From: Flavobacteriales bacterium
Lineage (GTDB): Bacteria; Bacteroidota; Bacteroidia; Flavobacteriales_F; PHOS-HE28
Length of the DNA stretch: 64,000 nucleotides
Direction: 5' to 3'
NCBI GenBank assembly: GCA_044224725.1
Contig: JBGAJW010000021.1
Location: forward strand, 6,644-70,643
This document shows positions 19,508-29,246 of the stretch, in pieces (within the stretch, counting starts at the first letter, position 1; each line of letters begins with the position of its first letter). Position numbers and translations under genes: made by a program. The notes beneath the pieces were generated by a model that saw only the letters and a list, made by a program, of their open reading frames with translations, made no database searches and was not told the origin of the DNA.

Positions 19508-20266
19508 TCACCAACCTGAAACGAGCAGGCGGCGGGCACCGGTGATCCCGCATTTCTGCCATTGATGATAGGCCTGCGCAGCTCTTTCGCGTACCTGCGC
19601 AGCGCTCTCATTGCGCACCCAGCCTTGCAGCGCGGCATCGAGCGTATACGCTTCAGGTGACATCAGGCCTGTGCTCCAAACCAAGGGCTGCGCGCCTGTT
19701 GCCTTCAACGGCTCCGCGAAGAAGCGCTTGCTGATGCACGCGAGGATGATCGTCTCCCGCTTCCGCGTGTTCGCGCGGACCTTCGATGGCGGCGGTGCGA
19801 ATTCCATCAATCCATCATGACCGCAATAGGCGATCAGGTCGGCCGCACCGCCGAAGCGGATGGTCGTGCTGTCCACACGAAGGTTCTTCACCTGATGACC
19901 GCCAGCGAAGTCGAGCATGTCGTTCGTTGCCTCCTGAATGAAGGCCCCGTCGTACGCGTCGGCCACCAGGTACACGTCTTCCGTGCGATGCTTCCACGCG
20001 GCCCGTTCAAGGATGTGTTCCTCAGGATCCATCCACTTCTTCAGCTGTATCCACTCACCGCTCTTCTTGGTGAACCAATGCCGCACGCCGCAGCCCGCGC
20101 CCCAATAGAGGTTGCGGTCCGGGTCCTGTCCGTTGCCGATCGCGGCCGGCACCTTCACGATCCCTTGGTTCACATTGTCGCACAAGGCCACGACCACATG
20201 CACCACGCGTTGGGCGCGGAGCACGACGCAGGTCACGAAGCAGGCGAGGAGGAAGAGTGGGCGCAT
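19508..20266 (-). CDS. Hypothetical secreted protein
   Basis: 252 aa with signal peptide MRPLFLLACFVTCVVLRAQ and good codon bias. Its stop codon abuts the convergent stop (TGATCA at 19505-19510). No family recognised. Confidence 0.6.
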   Translation of the reverse strand: MRPLFLLACFVTCVVLRAQRVVHVVVALCDNVNQGIVKVPAAIGNGQDPDRNLYWGAGCGVRHWFTKKSGEWIQLKKWMDPEEHILERAAWKHRTEDVYLVADAYDGAFIQEATNDMLDFAGGHQVKNLRVDSTTIRFGGAADLIAYCGHDGLMEFAPPPSKVRANTRKRETIILACISKRFFAEPLKATGAQPLVWSTGLMSPEAYTLDAALQGWVRNESAAQVRERAAQAYHQWQKCGITGARRLLVSGW

Positions 20267-20489
20267 GCGCTCACGAATGAACGGAGTTCCGGGAGGTAAC
20301 AGTGCTGGCTGAAGAGGTCTTGCTTGCGCGTTTCACGATCGTTGGCCCAAGCTCTTCCGAACGGTAGCGTCCGCGATCCCCTTCGTCGAGTCCTGCCGCA
20401 CGCTCGGACGAATTATGCGGGCGAAGGCTCCGTGATAGGAATACACTTGCCGCAATCGGAACAACGAACGCGCTTCCCGACGCATCGGG

Positions 20490-23138
20490 ATGGAACACAT
20501 GAGAAACCGCTTCATCCTCCCTGCTTTCCTCGCGCTTTGCTCCACCGCGAATGCCCAAGGTCCCCGTTCGGGCCCGGGACTCGTTCCGCAGCGCATCGCA
20601 TCATTGCACCAGGTTGGAGCCACCTTCGCACCGGTGGCTCTTTTCACACCCGCGCATGCCAGTGCCGAGCGGGATGCGCGGTGGCATGAGGCATTGGACC
20701 AAGCGGTCGTTCTTTCACCTTCGACAGAAGCGATCTCGAGTGTGCTGGGCGACCACCCGGGTACCCTGCGGCTGGACCTGCCCACGACCGATGGGACGCT
20801 CTCATTGGAACTCGAACGTGCCGACCCCTTCACGGATGATTTTTCCGTAGTCGTGGCGAGCACCGGTGAGGCCTTCGCCTACGACCAAGGCGTCCATTAC
20901 CGGGGGGTGGTCGCGGGTGATCCGAATTCGCTCGTATCCATCAGCATTTTCAAGGACGAGGTGATGGGCTTCATCAGCCAGTCGGATGGTGATCTCACCA
21001 TCGGCAGGCTCGATGGAGATATGGAAGGCACGCACATCCTGTACCGCACCAGTGACATGCATGAGTCTCCCACCAATGTATGCGGAACGGCGGATGATGG
21101 GCACGGCTATACCGCGGAAGACCTCACACCGACGGGGGACAACCGGACCGTGAAATGCGTTCGGCTGTATTGGGAAGTGAATTACGACATCTTCCAAGGC
21201 AAGGGCAGCGTTACGGCCGCCACCAACTATGTGACCGGCCTCTTCAACCAGAGCTCCACGCTATACAACAATGACGGGATCAGTGTCACTCTTTCGCAGG
21301 TGTACGTATGGGACGTTGCGAGCCCCTACACATCCACCAGCACCAGCACCTTGCTCGACCAGTTCGGAACGTACCGGACCAGCTTCAACGGTGACCTGGC
21401 CAATCTGCTGGGTTACGCGGGCGGTGGTGGTATCGCTTGGCTGAATGGGCTGTGCAACAGCCAAGCCCGCTACAAAATGGGCTACAGCGGCATCAGCAGC
21501 AGTTATCAGACCGTACCGACGTACAGTTGGAGCGTGGAGGTGGTGACCCACGAGCAGGGACATCTCATGGGATCGAGGCACACGCACGCCTGCGCGTGGA
21601 ACGGCAACAACACGGCGATCGATGGCTGTGGGCCAACGGCGGGCTACACGGAAGGCACCTGCGCGACCGGTCCATTGCCGACCGGAACCGGCGGTACGAT
21701 CATGAGCTACTGCCATCTGGTGAGCGGCGTCGGCATCAACTTCAACAACGGCTTCGGTGCGCAGCCCACAACCCTCATTGTCAACAACATCAACAACGCT
21801 TCGTGCCTTACGGCCTGTTCAAGTGGCGGCACCTGCGGGGTTCCCGGTGGACTCAGTGCGGGAAGTCTCACGACTTCGAGTGCCGCGCTCCTGTGGAGTG
21901 CGGTGAGCGGCGCCGCGAGCTATACCCTGCAATGGAAGCCGACCAGCGCCAGCACATGGACCACCCTGACCGGTCTGCCTTCAGCAGGCTACAACCTGTC
22001 CGGGCTGACGGCGAACACGGCCTATCAGTTCCAAGTCCTTGCGGTGTGCAGTGGTGGTTCTTCCGCATACTCCGCAACCACGGGTTTCACCACGATCGGC
22101 ACGAGCGGTTGCCCGGATATCCAGGAGCCGAACGGCACCACGGGAACCGCAGGTACGATCAACAGCGGAACCACCTACAACGCGGTCATCTCGTCGGCCA
22201 CGGACGCTGACTACTACAAGCTCGTGATCGGTTCCACATCCACCATCACCATCGCTCTCAGCAATCTGCCCTCCGACTACGACCTGCGGTTGCTCAACAG
22301 CAGTGGCACCGTGCTCGCCACTTCTTCCGCAGGCAACACGACCGCAGAGAGCATCATGTACAACAACGCGTCGGCGGGCAACTACTATGTGCATGTGTAC
22401 GGGTACAATGGTGTGTTCAGCACAAGTGCGTGCTATGCGCTCACGGCCACGGCCACCGTGGTGTCGAGCTGCACTGACAACTACGAACCGAACGAAACGA
22501 ACGGCGGCGCACGTACCATCGGAGCGAACAGTGCCAAGACCGCGCGCATCGGCTCCTCTACCGACGTCGATTGGTTCAAGTTCGCCAACAGCAGTGCACA
22601 GCGCTACATCAAGGTATCGCTCACGAACCTCCCGGCCAACTACGATATGCAGCTCTGGCGCGGTAGCGGACAGCTGGCCACTTCAGCGAACAGCGGCACC
22701 ACCAACGAGCAGATCATCTACAACAGCAACACCATCAGTAGCAACTACAAGGTGAAGGTGTATGGCGTTTCAGGTGCGTTCAATGCCAGCGCCTGCTACA
22801 CGATCACCGCCCAGATCTCCGGCACGGCCTTCATGCCTTCAGGCGAGATGGAAGGGGGAGAGACCTTCGTCGAGGAGACTTCCACGGACGGCACCGTAGC
22901 GGTGTTCCCGAACCCCGCGCGTGAAACGGTGAACGTGATCATCCCCGCTGGGAGCCTCGGTGCCACCGTCGACCTGATGGACGCTACCGGCCGCATCGCA
23001 ATGAGCTTCACTTCACAAGCCTTGAACGCCGAGCAACGCATTGTGATGGACGTCCGGGACCTGTCAGCGGGAATCTGGTTCCTGCGTATCACGCAGGATG
23101 GCGTACCGACAGTGAAGCCGGTGATGATCGAACGCTGA
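20490..23138 (+). CDS. Secreted reprolysin-like (M12B-type) zinc metalloprotease with FN3, PPC-type domains and T9SS CTD
   Basis: Signal peptide. HEQGHLMGSRHTH (HExxHxxGxxH). FN3 segment LLWSAVSGAASYTLQWKP...YQFQVLAVC. Repeated EPN(G/E)T...DxDYYK/DVDWFKF pre-peptidase C-terminal-like modules. Tail VAVFPNPARETVNVIIP...GIWFLRITQDG. Confidence 0.85.
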   Translation: MEHMRNRFILPAFLALCSTANAQGPRSGPGLVPQRIASLHQVGATFAPVALFTPAHASAERDARWHEALDQAVVLSPSTEAISSVLGDHPGTLRLDLPTTDGTLSLELERADPFTDDFSVVVASTGEAFAYDQGVHYRGVVAGDPNSLVSISIFKDEVMGFISQSDGDLTIGRLDGDMEGTHILYRTSDMHESPTNVCGTADDGHGYTAEDLTPTGDNRTVKCVRLYWEVNYDIFQGKGSVTAATNYVTGLFNQSSTLYNNDGISVTLSQVYVWDVASPYTSTSTSTLLDQFGTYRTSFNGDLANLLGYAGGGGIAWLNGLCNSQARYKMGYSGISSSYQTVPTYSWSVEVVTHEQGHLMGSRHTHACAWNGNNTAIDGCGPTAGYTEGTCATGPLPTGTGGTIMSYCHLVSGVGINFNNGFGAQPTTLIVNNINNASCLTACSSGGTCGVPGGLSAGSLTTSSAALLWSAVSGAASYTLQWKPTSASTWTTLTGLPSAGYNLSGLTANTAYQFQVLAVCSGGSSAYSATTGFTTIGTSGCPDIQEPNGTTGTAGTINSGTTYNAVISSATDADYYKLVIGSTSTITIALSNLPSDYDLRLLNSSGTVLATSSAGNTTAESIMYNNASAGNYYVHVYGYNGVFSTSACYALTATATVVSSCTDNYEPNETNGGARTIGANSAKTARIGSSTDVDWFKFANSSAQRYIKVSLTNLPANYDMQLWRGSGQLATSANSGTTNEQIIYNSNTISSNYKVKVYGVSGAFNASACYTITAQISGTAFMPSGEMEGGETFVEETSTDGTVAVFPNPARETVNVIIPAGSLGATVDLMDATGRIAMSFTSQALNAEQRIVMDVRDLSAGIWFLRITQDGVPTVKPVMIER

Positions 23139-23257
23139 GCGGGGACGCTCGGAAGCGGCCCCCGGTCGCTGAACCGGGGTTGTCCTGTAGGTGGACAGGT
23201 CGGGCCGCCGCGACTATTTCCGTGATCGCCGCAAGCTCAGTGTGGACCTGGAGAACA

Positions 23258-24058
23258 TCAACGCTTCCGCGCCCGCAGCGCGAACACCATCGGCAGTTTG
23301 CCCTCCATGCCCTTGATCATGAAGTGCCCGTCGTCGGTGGGCACGGTGTTCTGGAAGCAGTTGTACGGCGAACGGTCGAACTCGCGGAAGGCTTCGATCC
23401 GCAGGCCCGCGTCGATGAGGTGTTGCAGCACATCAGCGATCGCGTGGTTCCAACCGTAAGAGGGAAGCTGCAGTGGTGCATTGCGCACGGCGTAGGTACC
23501 GGATCCGTTCTCGGTGATCACTTCCAGGTTGAAGTAAGAGTACTCCACGTGCGAGAAGTCGTTGCTGAACATCCACAGCGCCGGATGGAAGTCCGCGAAG
23601 ACGAAGCGGCCTCCCGGCTTCAGGTAAGCTGCGATGTTCCCTGCCCATGCGCCCAGATCCGGTAGCCAGCCGATCGTGCCGTACGAGGTGAAGACCAGAT
23701 CGAACTTGCCCTCCAGTTCCTTACGACGATCCAACACATTGCTCACGATGAACGCGGCAGGCAGTCCGCTGCGCTGGGCCAGCTCGGTCGCCTTCGCGAT
23801 CGCGGTATCGGAGATGTCCAGTCCCGTGATACGGGCGCCCAGTCGCGCGAGCGATAGCGTATCCTGCCCGAAGTGGCATTGCAGGTGGAGCAGTTCCCTG
23901 TGGCGCACATCGCCAAGCAGGTCAAGCTCGATGGCGTTCAGTGTGCTATTGCCGCTCAGGAATCCATCCACATCATAGAAGGCGGACGCGTAGTGCAATT
24001 CGGCACGTGCGTTCCACAGGGCGCGGTTCGCGGCGAAGTGTTCCGAGTGGTCGCTCAT
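23258..24058 (-). CDS. Class I SAM-dependent methyltransferase
   Basis: Start MSDHSEHFAANRALWNARAELH (CAT 24056-24058). LLHLQCHFGQDTLSLARLGARITGLDISDTAI (motif I). The upstream 60 codons of ORF 23258..24238 belong to the overlapping upstream gene region. Confidence 0.85.
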   Translation of the reverse strand: MSDHSEHFAANRALWNARAELHYASAFYDVDGFLSGNSTLNAIELDLLGDVRHRELLHLQCHFGQDTLSLARLGARITGLDISDTAIAKATELAQRSGLPAAFIVSNVLDRRKELEGKFDLVFTSYGTIGWLPDLGAWAGNIAAYLKPGGRFVFADFHPALWMFSNDFSHVEYSYFNLEVITENGSGTYAVRNAPLQLPSYGWNHAIADVLQHLIDAGLRIEAFREFDRSPYNCFQNTVPTDDGHFMIKGMEGKLPMVFALRARKR

Positions 24059-24738
24059 TGCTTCGGCAAGGGCACTTCCTTCTCCTGCACCGGTTGGAAG
24101 CGGCCATCCTTCATGCCCCAGATCACCCAACGCTCGTGGTCGCCTTCCTTGAATTTCTCCATGTTGCTCACCATGGTGAGTTGGCCGTTCTGGAACCGGA
24201 AGGTGCTGCCACCGCGATGTACAGGGCCATCGTACCACTGCGAGCTCACCAGCCGGCGTTCATTGTCGAACATGGGCTCGTGGATGCTGTCCAGCGCTGC
24301 GGAAGGAATGAAGGTCCGTTGCGCCTCATTCCACAGCCAATAGCGGTGCTCAGGGTTCGTCAGGTCTTTCGCAGCGCGGATCACGCGGATGTCCTTACGC
24401 CCGTCGAAGTCGAAGTCCATGAGTTGCACGCCGGGGAACTGGCCATCGGCGGTGGGGCAGGGGCATAGCATGTTGTCCACCGCGACGGTCGCGTACGGTT
24501 GCTTTTCGCCTTTCGTGGTCACGGTGATCCCTTCCACTTGGCATTGCACTCCCAGCGACATGTGCATGTGCGTGCTCACCAGGAAGCGGATCTCGTTCAG
24601 GCTGTCGATGAACAGGTAGCTGTCCTGCTTGGGCTGCTGTTCAGGCTGTGCGGGCGGGGCGACCATCGGTTCGCTGGATGGCCGGTAGTCGCTCATGCAA
24701 GCGACAAGAAGAAGCAGGGGGAAGACGCGGGCGGGCAT
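24055..24738 (-). CDS. Hypothetical lipoprotein
   Basis: MPARVFPLLLLVACMSD (lipobox). ATGA stop/start overlap with the methyltransferase gene, indicating co-translation. Confidence 0.6.
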   Translation of the reverse strand: MPARVFPLLLLVACMSDYRPSSEPMVAPPAQPEQQPKQDSYLFIDSLNEIRFLVSTHMHMSLGVQCQVEGITVTTKGEKQPYATVAVDNMLCPCPTADGQFPGVQLMDFDFDGRKDIRVIRAAKDLTNPEHRYWLWNEAQRTFIPSAALDSIHEPMFDNERRLVSSQWYDGPVHRGGSTFRFQNGQLTMVSNMEKFKEGDHERWVIWGMKDGRFQPVQEKEVPLPKQ

Positions 24739-24798
24739 GGTTCAAAATGAGCAGGGCATCGTTCCCGATGCCCTGCGAAGTTCTTTGATATCCGTGGA

Positions 24799-25449
24799 TC
24801 AGCGCACGTCGTTGATCTCAACGCCCGGGAACTTGCTCTTGTCGAACACGAACACGCTCTCGTACAGGTCCACGTTCGGCGTGAATTTCTTCAGCGTGTA
24901 GGTCACTTCGTTGCCATCCTTGTAGAGCACCTTCACCACTTTGGGTTCCACCTTGGCCTTGTCGATCGTCATGATCACCGTGTGGTAAGGCTTCTTGCCG
25001 GGTTCCAAGGGGAAGAGCTTGATCACCTGTTCCATCGAACCATCAGCGGCCTTCTTCTCTTCCACGAACTGGCTCTTGAAGCCTTGCTCATAGATGGTGA
25101 AGAGCTTGGTGGGGTCCAGTTCCTTGTCCATGTCAGCAGGGTCGCTGATGGTGACCTCGTTGCTCTTCTTGCTGTAGGTGTAGATGGCCTTGCCGTCGTT
25201 GATCACCGTGTTGTCGGTAAGCGCCAAGTGGAAGAGCTTGCCCTTCACGCGGACGTTGCCCTCCTGCTTCACGTTCAACTTGCTCGCGTTGTTCACCAGC
25301 ACGCTCACGAAGTCGGCCTCGAAACTCGTCCACGCCTTGCTCTTGGCGATGAGCTTGTCGATCACCGCTTTGCTCTTGGGGTCGTCCTGCGCATAGGTCG
25401 AAGCGATCGAGGACAAGAGTATCGAGGCAAAAAGGAGCAGGTTTTTCAT
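24799..25449 (-). CDS. LolA-like outer-membrane lipoprotein carrier/sorting protein
   Basis: Signal peptide MKNLLLFASILLSSIASTYAQ. About 215 aa of beta-rich sequence, with the WTSFEADF...KGKLFHL...AIYTY pattern seen in Bacteroidota LolA-like proteins. Confidence 0.7.
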   Translation of the reverse strand: MKNLLLFASILLSSIASTYAQDDPKSKAVIDKLIAKSKAWTSFEADFVSVLVNNASKLNVKQEGNVRVKGKLFHLALTDNTVINDGKAIYTYSKKSNEVTISDPADMDKELDPTKLFTIYEQGFKSQFVEEKKAADGSMEQVIKLFPLEPGKKPYHTVIMTIDKAKVEPKVVKVLYKDGNEVTYTLKKFTPNVDLYESVFVFDKSKFPGVEINDVR

Positions 25450-25516
25450 GGGTCGGCGAAATTATCCGCACCAGACTGGCAATCCACATGCCATGGGTTG
25501 TTTCGCGCAGCTGAGG

Positions 25517-26887
25517 TTAGTCAAGGAGGATCACGCTCAGATGCCCTAGACCTTCTTCACTCTGTACGGACAGCACGTAGATCCCAGCGGTCAGATCGCC
25601 CAAGAACAAGCTGCTGCGGTCCGTGAGGTCGGTACGAAGCAGGATCCGGGCCCCGCTTAGAGCCCAAGCCGAGGCATCCTCGATGCGGTGTTGTGGACCA
25701 GGGAGGCGGAGATACGGTCCGTTGACCGAACGGCTCAGGATGAGGGCCGGCGAGGGCGGAGTGTTCTGTGGCACCCCTAAGGCGGATCCTTCGTTCCCGA
25801 AGTAGGCGACCCGATTGACGCTGTTCGAGTAGAACAATTCAGGGGCCTGGCTCCAGCCGATGTCAGCCAATTCGAAATAGACCACCGCGCCCGGGGGTAT
25901 CGGAACACCGGTATGGAAATCGCCCAGATCCATGGGACCTGTTCTTTCAACCCAATTGATGTTCGCGCCATTCGACTTCATCACATCGAAGTCACCATCA
26001 TTGTCGAAATCGAACATTACGAAGTCCGCAGTGTGGTCGTTGTCTGGTGACGATATCTCATCAACCTGTGTGAACGTGCCTGAGCCGTTGTTCTCGAACA
26101 GAAGGACCCGGTCGTAGTCAGAGAGTACAACATCGAGATCCCCGTCCTGGTCCAGGTCCATGGGTCGAGCCACGGGATCATTGTTGTAGTCGGAGATGAG
26201 GTGCCCTGCGGTGAATATTCCGGACCCTGCATTCTCTACCCAATAGGTACTCAGACATGTCCCGTCCCCTGCAAGGAGATCCCTATCCCCGTCACCGTCG
26301 AGGTCGACATCAGCGAAGATCAGGGGGTTGATAACCGCGCCGCAATCCGACTCCGGTATGGCGATGGTAGGAGCCGTCAAGGAGAACGATTGATCACCAT
26401 TGTTGAGGTAAACGCCCAATCCCGACCCCATCGATCCCAAGACATCCACATCACCATCGTCGTCGATGTCGGTCACATAAGGCTGGTGCAGGAGCGTGGA
26501 TTCATCCAATTGGACAAAAGCCGCTAGCACTCCCTGCCCTTCGTTCTCATACCAACCAAGCTCGGCTTGGCCGGTACCGACATTCGCCACCAGGTCCACA
26601 TCTCCATCGGAATCCAGATCCGCAGGGGTCAGATAGTTCACTGCGGAACCGAAATAGGTCGGCGCGTTGCTGAACTGACCATTCCCCTCATTCTCGCGGA
26701 TGCTGATGAACTGGTCATAGTGCAGTCCTACGAGGTCCTTGTCTCCGTCACCATCGATGTCCACAAGCCGGAGATCCAGCAACTGGAGCGAGGCATCGGT
26801 GATGATATGCTCTGTACCCAATTGCGCAATGGATGCGGTGCATTCCAGTGCGGCGGTGAAAGCCAGTATGAGGCGTGTGCAGGTCAT
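25517..26887 (-). CDS. FG-GAP/VCBS repeat protein with T9SS CTD
   Basis: Start MTCTRLILAFTAALECTASIAQ. Many DxDGDGDxD Ca-binding loops (DIDGDGDKD, DLDSDGDVD, DVDLDGDGDRD, DLDQDGDLD, DFDNDGDFD). Tail GIYVLSVQSEEGLGHLSVILLD. Confidence 0.8.
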   Translation of the reverse strand: MTCTRLILAFTAALECTASIAQLGTEHIITDASLQLLDLRLVDIDGDGDKDLVGLHYDQFISIRENEGNGQFSNAPTYFGSAVNYLTPADLDSDGDVDLVANVGTGQAELGWYENEGQGVLAAFVQLDESTLLHQPYVTDIDDDGDVDVLGSMGSGLGVYLNNGDQSFSLTAPTIAIPESDCGAVINPLIFADVDLDGDGDRDLLAGDGTCLSTYWVENAGSGIFTAGHLISDYNNDPVARPMDLDQDGDLDVVLSDYDRVLLFENNGSGTFTQVDEISSPDNDHTADFVMFDFDNDGDFDVMKSNGANINWVERTGPMDLGDFHTGVPIPPGAVVYFELADIGWSQAPELFYSNSVNRVAYFGNEGSALGVPQNTPPSPALILSRSVNGPYLRLPGPQHRIEDASAWALSGARILLRTDLTDRSSLFLGDLTAGIYVLSVQSEEGLGHLSVILLD

Positions 26888-26947
26888 GGGCGTGGTGTTA
26901 AAGGCACCTCGCAAGATATGTGCATCGCTGGCAGGAACCGTTCTCCC

Positions 26948-27460
26948 TCAGGCCGCCTTTCGCATGCCTTTCCTTGGCACCGCCTTTTTCGGCCGCTTCT
27001 TCCACTTCAGCATGGTGCCCTTGCACTTGGGCGAGCCGCAGCGGCATTCCCAGGCCTTCAGTTCCGCTTTCGTGGGTGGCGCGCTGATCACGATGCCGTA
27101 GTCGTAGGTGATCTCTTCGCCCTTCTTGATGTTGCGCTTCGCCTCGATGATCACCTTGTCCTTGCGGCGGTCCTTGCCCTTGTGCTCGTGTACGAAGGCC
27201 ACCCCATTGGGCTCGCAGCCCGTGTTGATCCACCGCGCATCGTTCCCGTCGACGTTCGCGTCGATCACCCAGTCATCGTTCAGGATGAAGATGAAGGTGT
27301 GGCCCGTTTCCAGGTCGGTACTGTACAGGTCGTCCGACTCCTGGTGGGTGATGAGCTTGCCCTTGTACTCCATGATGGGCTCTCCCTTCTTGATGTCCGC
27401 GATGGCGAACACGCCGTTGCCGTGGATCTTCGACTTGCGCGTTTCTACTTTGAGTTTCAT
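26948..27460 (-). CDS. SET domain protein (lysine methyltransferase fold) with post-SET Cys cluster and basic tail
   Basis: 170-aa C-terminal part of the chimeric ORF 26948..28687. Start MKLKVETRKSKIHGNGVFA (CAT 27458-27460). RWINTGCEPN, EEITYDYG, then CRCGSPKCKG and KWKKRPKKAVPRKGMRKAA. Confidence 0.85.
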   Translation of the reverse strand: MKLKVETRKSKIHGNGVFAIADIKKGEPIMEYKGKLITHQESDDLYSTDLETGHTFIFILNDDWVIDANVDGNDARWINTGCEPNGVAFVHEHKGKDRRKDKVIIEAKRNIKKGEEITYDYGIVISAPPTKAELKAWECRCGSPKCKGTMLKWKKRPKKAVPRKGMRKAA

Positions 27461-27555
27461 GCTGGATCGATGTGGGCGCCTGTGGCGCGGGCCGCGAAAT
27501 TGCGTCAACGGACCTTCAGATCCGCACGGATGAACACAGATGATCTGAACAGCGA

Positions 27556-28983
27556 TCAGAAATAAGCTGTGCATACGATCACCGCCGTGATCACGCACAC
27601 CAGGTCCACCAGCAGCATCACGCCGAGGGTGTAGCGGCTGTTCTTCACCGCCACGCTGCCGAAGTAAAGGGCCACCACATAGAAGGTGGTTTCCGCCGCA
27701 CCTTGGAAGAGGCATACAAGTTGACCGGTCAGGCTGTCCGGGCCGTAGGTCTTCATCGCATCCAGCAGAAAGCCGCGTGAGCCGCCCGCGCTGAAGGGGC
27801 GCATGAGCGCCACGGGGACCGCATCGATCACTTCCTTGTTCACGCCGACAGCGGCCATCATCGCCGAGAGCCCGTCCATCACGATACCCATCAAACCGCT
27901 GTTGCGGAAGATGCTCAACGCAGCCAACATCGCGATCATGTATGGCAGTACACGCAGCCCCGTGGTGAAGCCATCTTTCGCACCGTGCACGAAGGAGTCG
28001 AACAGGTTGGTGCCTTTTTCGGTGAAGTACTTCTCCTTCCACAACGCGTAGGCGACGATCAGCCCGATGATGAGCAGCAGCATGCCATTGCTCAGATTGT
28101 CCGTGAAGTGGAATTTGCCCACGCCCGCGAGTGTGGCGAGGTAGGCCATCAACCCAGCGATCACGCCACCGATGCCGACCACGAAGAGCATCACCGGCAC
28201 ATTGAACAGGTTGATGCGCTGCCGGATGGATACGAATACCATTGCCGCGAGCGTGCCCACGAACGAGGTGATGATCAACGGGATCATGATGTCCGCCGGG
28301 TTCGCCGCGCCCATCGCAGCGCGGTAGCCGATGATGCTCGTGGGCAACAGCGTAAGGCCCGCCGCGTGCAGGCAGAGGAACATGATCTGGCTGTTGGTCG
28401 CCGTTCCCTTGGAAGGATTGTCCTCCTGCATGCTTTCCATCGCCTTCAGGCCGAAGGGCGTGGCCGCACTGTCCAGGCCGAGGAAGTTCGCCGCGAAATT
28501 CAAGGTCATGAAGCCGTAGGCCGGATGGTCTTTCCGCAGGTCCGGGAAGATCCGGTGGAAAATGGGGGAGAGGAAGCGCGCGACTTTCTCCATCGCGCGC
28601 GAATCCACCAGCAGGTTCAGCAAGCCGCAGAAGAAGGTGAGGTAACCGATGAGCGGTAGCCACAGATCGGTGATCGTGTTCTTGCAAATCGGGAAGAGGC
28701 CATCAGCGGGCACGGTGCCGTGGTGGGCCTTGATGGTGCCGGTATTCGTCAGCTGGTAGAGCGTGTCGCCGTGCAGGAGGCTCGGAGCGTCGCCTCTGCG
28801 CAATTCTTCGAGCAGCAAGGTGCCGCGCAGGTCCGCCGTGTCGATCTCATTCACCACCAACGGCTCGCCCTGCTTGCCGTTCACCAAGGAGCCGAGCGAA
28901 TATTGCTGCCCGGTGAAAAGCATGATCAGGATGTACGCGATGCTCAGCAAGAGCATCCACGTCCAGAAGCGGCTGAGGGCCAT
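27556..28983 (-). CDS. Nucleoside-recognition (Gate) domain membrane protein, fused SpmA/SpmB-like
   Basis: Start MALSRFWTWMLLLSIAYILIML (CAT 28981-28983). Polytopic. FGLKAME and ALMRPFSAGGS segments resemble SpmA/SpmB family proteins. Confidence 0.75.
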   Translation of the reverse strand: MALSRFWTWMLLLSIAYILIMLFTGQQYSLGSLVNGKQGEPLVVNEIDTADLRGTLLLEELRRGDAPSLLHGDTLYQLTNTGTIKAHHGTVPADGLFPICKNTITDLWLPLIGYLTFFCGLLNLLVDSRAMEKVARFLSPIFHRIFPDLRKDHPAYGFMTLNFAANFLGLDSAATPFGLKAMESMQEDNPSKGTATNSQIMFLCLHAAGLTLLPTSIIGYRAAMGAANPADIMIPLIITSFVGTLAAMVFVSIRQRINLFNVPVMLFVVGIGGVIAGLMAYLATLAGVGKFHFTDNLSNGMLLLIIGLIVAYALWKEKYFTEKGTNLFDSFVHGAKDGFTTGLRVLPYMIAMLAALSIFRNSGLMGIVMDGLSAMMAAVGVNKEVIDAVPVALMRPFSAGGSRGFLLDAMKTYGPDSLTGQLVCLFQGAAETTFYVVALYFGSVAVKNSRYTLGVMLLVDLVCVITAVIVCTAYF

Positions 28984-29246
28984 GTCGTGCAAATCTGCGC
29001 GGGCTATGCGCCACGAGAGGCAGGTACGGAGGCACTCGGCGAACACTCCATTGTGGACGGGGTAACCTCGTTCAGTCGATCATCGTTGCATCACCAGCGG
29101 CTCCGGCGAAATGTTCCGGCCTGGGCGGCAGGTAAGGGTAGGGAGCACTCGCACGAGTGTTCCCTATTCTGTTCATTACCTCTTTTGCGGTGGTAAGGGC
29201 CGGTGTGGGGCACTTCTATCTTCGTCCCCGTACCAACCCTTTTCCG

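Noticed and set aside
19505-19510. Abutting convergent stop codons forming the palindrome TGATCA
   Set aside because: This is a real observation that leaves no room for a terminator. I judged it a trivial packing feature rather than a regulatory element.
27461-28687. Upstream 409 codons of the 579-aa ORF 26948..28687
   Set aside because: This is a junk-composition frame overlapping the SpmA/SpmB-like gene. Only the last 170 codons (the SET domain) are credible.
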